NCBI GenBank assembly: GCA_963977445.1
Contig: CAXBPH010000045.1
Span: 1-34,085, forward strand
From: an uncultured bacterium
GTDB taxonomy: Bacteria > Hydrogenedentota > Hydrogenedentia > Hydrogenedentales > JAEUWI01
DNA: 34,085 bases
Reading direction: 5' to 3'
Position 1 is the stretch's first letter; every line of letters begins with the position of its first letter. The position numbers and the translations under genes are program-made. Below are positions 33,998 through 34,085 of the stretch, one piece after another. Below the pieces are notes generated by a model. The model did no database searches and was not told the origin of the DNA. It saw nothing but the letters and a program-made list of their open reading frames with translations.

Positions 33998-34085
33998 AGG
34001 GAACTGCCTTCTCGCGTAGGTTCAACACGCGGACGCGGGGTGCCAGCAGAGTTTCATTGCAACGTTGTGAATGAACGAATCCCTA

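Noticed and set aside
1..34085. Mobile elements, prophage, defence systems, tRNA/rRNA
   Set aside because: No transposase, integrase, phage, nuclease or structural RNA signatures were recognised.

Overview
Bacterial chromosomal window of about 30 protein-coding genes. No rRNA, tRNA, CRISPR array or mobile element is recognisable. A (Gly-Glu)9 linker followed by paired EF-hands in a secreted protein suggests Candidatus Hydrogenedentes (inference). The window opens with a large secreted protein on the minus strand (<1..1324, missed by the ORF track) under a class-I cobalamin riboswitch and a near-consensus sigma70 promoter. It continues with a secreted ChbG/YdjC deacetylase and an unusual GH78 alpha-L-rhamnosidase fused to a YkuD L,D-transpeptidase. 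Two stand-alone, Lys-rich, leaderless ~380-aa orphans look like effectors: one is helical with a Gly-rich hydrophobic hairpin, the other has a C80/MARTX-CPD-like His-Cys protease fold. Around them lie a parvulin PPIase, gdhA plus malic enzyme, two convergent units with sigma54-type promoters (Csp3/DUF326; DUF1328 plus a PKD protein), an SDR and a clan-A-like glycoside hydrolase. Next come an Fe-S module (Rieske, DUF1858, IscA/ErpA, YgfZ-TPR fusion) and an unannotated 35-aa sORF. A minus-strand run encodes Crp, GlgC, a TPR protein, LepB, a rhomboid, a TatA-like-anchored J-domain protein and a ThuA-like protein. The window ends with a lipid-linked glycosylation locus (PssD/PssE, two GT2s, DUF2304, GT-C, flippase-like) and hemH. 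The best novelty candidates are the GH78-LDT fusion, the orphan effector-like pair, the B12-regulated surface protein and the TatA-like J-protein. All family calls come from motif recognition by eye, not from database searches.
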